A DNA stretch of 64,000 bases from contig NC_045697.1 of the NCBI RefSeq assembly GCF_009834535.1, positions 994,001-1,058,000 on the forward strand. Direction: 5' to 3'. A model generated the notes under the pieces. That model was not told the DNA's origin, made no database searches, and saw only the letters and a program-made list of their open reading frames with translations. The position numbers and the translations under genes were made by a program. Origin of the DNA: Camelus ferus. Lineage: Eukaryota. Positions 59,091 through 64,000 of this stretch are shown in pieces. Each line of letters begins with the position of its first letter. Position 1 is the stretch's first letter.

Positions 59091-61742
59091 CGCCCGCGTG
59101 GGGCTTGGTCTTGGTCAGATCAGGGGCGGCCTCGGGCGGCTGGCCCGCCTGGCGGGCAGGGGGCCGGGCGTGGGCCTGGCCCAGAGGACGCAGCCCGCAG
59201 CCGCCAGGACAGACAGACAGACAGGCCTCCCAGGGAGGGAGCGCTTCCCTACACTGAGCCATCGCTGCAGCGCCCGCTGCGCCCGCACTGACGCCGTCTG
59301 AGGACAGACCAGCCAGCGACCCGCATTCCAGCCACACTTGAATCTGAGCGCCAGGCCTCCCTCCCGCTCTGTTTTTTTAGGTTGAAGTTATGATTGGAAG
59401 TTAATTGGCATATGAAATGTTATCTTACCTGGAATATATAGATTAGTGTCTTTTCTAAGGATCACTCTCCTCCCTGATCTTAACGACGGCCCTCGGCCTG
59501 CCTGCCTGTCGTCCGCACTCAGGGGAGACCAGGGTGGGGCCTGGGCAAGGACTCAGACCCTGAACGCCTTGGAAACCATGATTTTGATCATTATTTTGCT
59601 CTTATGAAACAGCCGTATGATTTTTTTTTGTACTAATGTGAAATTTTTCCTCGAAATGCTTCCTCCCGTCCTGTTGAGAAGCCGGCCCCAGGATGGGTGA
59701 CAGCGCTAGTGTCCGGCCTCCTCGGAGGCTGCTCCCCACGGATTTGACCCAGACGCTGCCACCGTGCTGGCCTTCACTGCACAGGCCCGCGGAGCAGCCT
59801 CCCCCTGGGGTTCTCACCAGTGCTTGGGGGAAGAGTTTGTATATTTTTTCAGTTGGCTTTTTACCAGTTTCTGGCTTTTATTCTCAGTATATTTTTGCTA
59901 AACTTGTTTCACAAATTACCACCGACTGATATGCGTGTTTACTGATGCGTCCTGAGTTCTCACTGCAGAAGGAGTGAGGTTTGCGGGGCACGGCCCCCCT
60001 GCTGACTCCCGTGCCCAGCGACAATGTAGGGAAACGGTCTGTCCGGGACCAGAGCCCGTGGGACACATGCAGTTCCAGAAAGTACTCCTTTCAGGCTGAG
60101 GAGGGACCCAGAGGTCAGAACCACTGCCACCTGAAGTGACTTTCCGCACTCGTGGGTCTGCTCCTGGGAAACGTGAGCTGCGCTGGGCACGGGCGCTGGT
60201 CTCCTGACCGCGGGCCGCCGCTGACCCCCGAGGTTTCCACCAGCTCTTCCTTGTTGAGAGGCCCTGCCGCACGAAGCGAGCCACCCCGTGAGCACTGCGT
60301 TCAAGGTGGAGACCAGGCTCCTCTCCTCCTGACCCAGGAAGTTGGGAGCGTCCCCACAGTCGCGAGGGAGGGACGGGATGGTGGCGGCAGGTGCTTCTCT
60401 CTGGCCTCTTCTTAAAATAACCTAAGGAGAACGTCTGTCCTGCAGAAGTCCACACAACTGTTCTCGGAAACTCCTGAGGCCTCCGGTTTGTCTCTCACTG
60501 TTTGTGCCTCGTAGAACTGACTGCAGGACGTACTTGGACTTAAGTTCACGACCTCTCCGTGGTTTTGTGACGTGAGTTTTTGGGGGTGGGGTGGGCTCTG
60601 CCAGGCCAAGGCCGCAGGGTCACAGGAGACGGGCTTGGTCCTCCGCTGGGGCTTCTGCACGTGAGGCTTAGCTGTGTCTGGACACATGCCGCCGGTGGGA
60701 CGCAGGGACCGCAGAGCATCTCAGTTGAGAACTGCGGCTTCTCCCCGGTGGTCGGGGGAGGTACTGGACTGACTCACAGGTCGACGCCCCAGGCCCCCCC
60801 CCCCCCCGGCCTGCACTGCTGTCACCCGTCCTCCCTCCAGGGACCGCCTTCAGCCCAAGTCACAACACCGGACTGGTTTTACAGTGCACTTTGGGGAGCA
60901 GATTAACTTATTTTTGTGTTGACAGTCATAAAACTTTGTGGCTTTTGAGTCACTCTGACATTATTTCCAAATTCTTCTATGATCTTTCTCAAGGAAATAC
61001 TGGAAAATCTATTTTTGACATGGCTGCCTGCTTTCCAAAAACTGCTAAACTAATGAGCAAATAACACTAACTTTGAGAATCTCCAGAAAACCAGTTTACG
61101 GGCCGGAGGGGCCTTCCCGACGGGGCTGCACTGGGGCCTTGGCTTGCATGAGGGCAGCTTGCGCTGGGGGGCCAGTGTCAGGCCCGTGTCACCAATGTGC
61201 AGTGGAAGCGAGGAACACCTCCCGGGTGCCTCTGGGCCCCCCACCCAGACGCGAGCGGACGCCCTGCCTCACCCTCAGGTCTGCACTCCCAGCGCCCTCC
61301 ACACACTTACCACGACAGCCAGACCGCAGCGCACGGTGCCCTTCTAGAACTACCTTATTTTCAGGAACTGAAGATAAGCCTGTTTTAATGAAAGTCCATG
61401 CAAACGACTGTCAGTTGCCAAATTCTTGACCCTATGAGATGTGTAGCGTTTGATGAAGGTTTGAGCAGAACGCCGAGTCCACGGGCGTCACATCCCCGGA
61501 CCCTGCCGAGATGTGAAACCACACGCGACACTGCCCGCCGGGGTCTGCGCTCCGGGCAGCAGGTCGGGCGCCTCCTCTCAGGGTGCCAGGTGCTACCGCC
61601 AGTTCTGACAGACGACCGAAAAACTTGAAGTTCACTTCTGGGGAGAATATACTAAAATGTAGATTTGAGAATTGCCAAAATAGCAGTGAAAGCATTTAAA
61701 ATGGGAAGTTGTATCTGGAAAACTGTGTGTGAGTATTTTTGT

Positions 61743-61748
61743 ATTAAA
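61743..61748 (+). terminator. Probable NSD2 distal poly(A) signal (ATTAAA)
   Basis: ATTAAA preceded by tttttgt and followed by T-rich and GT-rich downstream elements. Confidence 0.65.
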
Positions 61749-62157
61749 AGATTTTAAAGGCTTTTTTCTTAAACTTGTTTTGTGTGGGAGTGCGTTCTTC
61801 AGTCTGGGGCTTCCTTCCACTTCCCTGGTCGGCGGCTGTCATTCCGGGGGGCACAGTCCTCGGACGTCCTTGGAAGTTATCCTGCTTTTGACTTTCGGGG
61901 CGAGGCCGACATGGCCTTGGACGTGCAACAAACACCAGAAACAGTGTTGTTCTGATTTTGGAAAAAAGCTTTTTTCCCTATCATAAATAACTTGGCTCCC
62001 AGACTCCCCGTAAGAGTGAAGCGGCCAGGAGAGGAATCGCGGACGCCCCTCACCCTGCAGTGGGCTGGCCCCTCCCCCAGCGCCGACCCCCCCGAGCAGA
62101 GCGGAGGGTGAGCTGGCCAGAAACACAGCTCTGGTGCTTTCTTTAGAAAAGCTGAAC

Positions 62158-62163
62158 TTTAAT
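62158..62163 (-). terminator. Probable NELFA poly(A) signal (ATTAAA on the minus strand)
   Basis: tttaat on the + strand, about 420 nt past the NELFA stop. Confidence 0.6.
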
Positions 62164-62583
62164 TACTCAGTTTTTACAGTGGAAACAAGTACCCAAGGCC
62201 TGGTCTTAAATGCGCACGTCCGTACGAGAGGCACGAGACTGCGGGCGGGGAGCGCAGCCTGGCGTCCCTGGCGCCGCCCCCACCTGTCCTCAGCCACGCT
62301 GGGCGCCACCCACGGCGCCTCATGAGGCAGGGGCTGCACGAGCAAGGAAGAGCCCTCCCTCAAGGCCAGTGGAATTTAAGAAGAAAATTAAAAAAAGAAG
62401 TCGAACTGTCAGAGCTGTCCCTAAGATTAGGAAATTACAGCTTTCTGGGCTAAGTTTGACATTCAAAAATGTAATATTGAATCCAAAAAAGTGTCTTAAA
62501 TCACACAAAAGGGAGCCCATACTAAAACTTAGAAAACAAGTCCGAACCCCGAGACAGGGCCTGCAGCGCGGGCGGCCGCGGCC

Positions 62584-62768
62584 TCAGGACACGTTGGCCA
62601 TGGGCTTGTACTTCTTGAAGCGCGTCCACTGGCCCGTGGCGTAGTTCATCTCGAAGACGGTGTCCACCAGCATGGTGGTGCTGCCCTGGCCGTCCGACTT
62701 GGGCAGGTCCTCTGTGTGCTCGCTCAGCTTGATCTGGATCACGTCGCCCTGCTCCTGGCAGGGATTCT
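62584..62768 (-). CDS. NELFA: NELFA last coding exon
   Basis: cag|(E)NPCQEQGDVIQIKLSEHTE...FEMNYATGQWTRFKKYKPMANVS*. Confidence 0.97.
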
Positions 62769-62873
62769 CTGCAGGGGAAGAGGCTGCTGGGCGGAAAGGG
62801 TTGGGGGCCAACCCCCGACCCCTCACCGGAGGACCCGCAGCCCCAAGCCCACCAGGCTGGCCACCAGACCCAC

Positions 62874-62973
62874 CTCGGGAGCCGGCCATGAAGCCCAAGA
62901 TGAGGGCCTTCTCGGGCCGCGTGACCTTATTGGCTGTCTTGAACATCTCCTGCGCGGCAAACATCTGCTCCCT
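62874..62973 (-). CDS. NELFA: NELFA penultimate exon
   Basis: cag|REQMFAAQEMFKTANKVTRPEKALILGFMAGSR G|gtgggt; 100 nt. Confidence 0.97.
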
Positions 62974-63059
62974 CTGCAGTGGGAAGAGGGTGTGGGTGCC
63001 CGGGCCCCGCTGCAGTGCTGGGGGGCCAGGCCATGTGCCCCCCCGCCGCCTACACCTAC

Positions 63060-63337
63060 CGTGAGTGACAGGTTCTTCTTGGGCTGCTGCTGGGCGGGGG
63101 GCTGGGCCTGGGGGGCCACCATGGCCACCGGAGGTGTCTGGGCGGCGGGGGTGACAGCTGGGGGCGTGGTGGGTGTCAGGGGCGAGGTGGGCGCAGTGGG
63201 TGTGGGTGCAGCAGGGCTCGGGCCGCTGTTGTACAAGGGCGCCCTCTGCTTGAACTGCGCGGGCAGCGCCGGGCTCGCAGCGCTGGGCTCCTCAGGCGGC
63301 CGGCTGGCCTGCAGGCTGGCTTCCCGGGAAGATGGGG
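63060..63337 (-). CDS. NELFA: NELFA exon (Pro/Thr-rich region)
   Basis: cag|(A)PSSREASLQASRPPEE...QQQPKKNLSLT|gtaggt; 278 nt, in phase. Confidence 0.95.
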
Positions 63338-63773
63338 CTGCAAGCGGAGTGAGGCCTGGTGAGGGGCCGGGGGGCAGGGACCCCGCCCTGGGCTCTGCGC
63401 CCAGCCTGCGGCTCCTAGAGATGTGGACGGGGTCTGCTCCGCTGCCCGCTGACCCCGTGCCACCCCAGAACCCAAATGCTGCCCGGCTTCTGTGACCCTG
63501 CACTTCCCGGAGGGTAGGGAGATTGTAGGGGTGGGCCCTGGCCCCAGGAAGGGAAAAGCAGGGGAGAACTTTGGGTTCGTTTCTTCAAGTTCACGCCGGC
63601 CAGGAGGGTCTTGGGTCTCCGGCCGGCTCCACTGAAGGAGAGGGACGAGGGACAGAGATGTCCTGACCCCCAAGGAAGCACCACATGGGCAAGTCCTGGG
63701 GAGATGCTGCTCCTTCCTGGCGAGCAGGGGTCACCCAGACCACGGAACACCGCCCGCGTGCGGCGCCCCTCAC

Positions 63774-63885
63774 CTGGCGGGGCCTCGGAGCTGGGGGCAT
63801 AGGACGAGGCCGGGACGACACTGGGCGTGGCGGGTAGGTAGCTCGTGGAGGGCAGCGCAGGCTCATTGTTCAAAGACCCGAGTTT
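63774..63885 (-). CDS. NELFA: NELFA exon; the gene continues beyond the window
   Basis: cag|KLGSLNNEPALPSTSYLPATPSVVPASSY...PP G|gtgagg; 112 nt. Confidence 0.95.
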
Positions 63886-64000
63886 CTGGAAGAAAGAGTC
63901 TGTGGTTCCTCCCAGAAGAGGCCGGGGGCTCAGCACGTGCTTCCCCCAGACACTGGGCGGGTGGCTCTTCCATGGCCTCAGTGCCTCACCCCACTGGAGG

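Overview
Mammalian genomic DNA, not microbial. It is probably camelid, judged from a Vic-1-like tRNA-derived SINE and artiodactyl-type L1 ends. The window holds the whole coding region of NSD2 (WHSC1/MMSET, H3K36 methyltransferase) on the + strand: 21 coding exons at 12194-59090, whose lengths match my recollection of human exon sizes apart from two in-frame codon indels and two +1 insertions. It also holds the MMSET-I alternative last exon, an intronic H/ACA RNA at the SCARNA22/ACA11 position, and the last four exons of NELFA (WHSC2) on the - strand, tail-to-tail with NSD2. Introns carry L1, MLT1, MER, MIR and SINE remnants in a very GC/CpG-rich background. Oddities: the canonical NSD2 ATG is GTG; two +1 frameshifts in the same CAGG context (probably consensus errors); a GC-AG intron; tandem copies of an exon/5' splice junction with GT changed to GC; an N-to-I change in the SET domain; a likely MMSET-III poison-exon remnant; and a SINE inserted 30 nt from a splice acceptor. 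I found no evidence of a wholly new biological system. Nearly all ORFs in the supplied track are GC-rich noise. Human comparisons are from memory and need alignment. Exon numbers count the first coding exon as exon 2.
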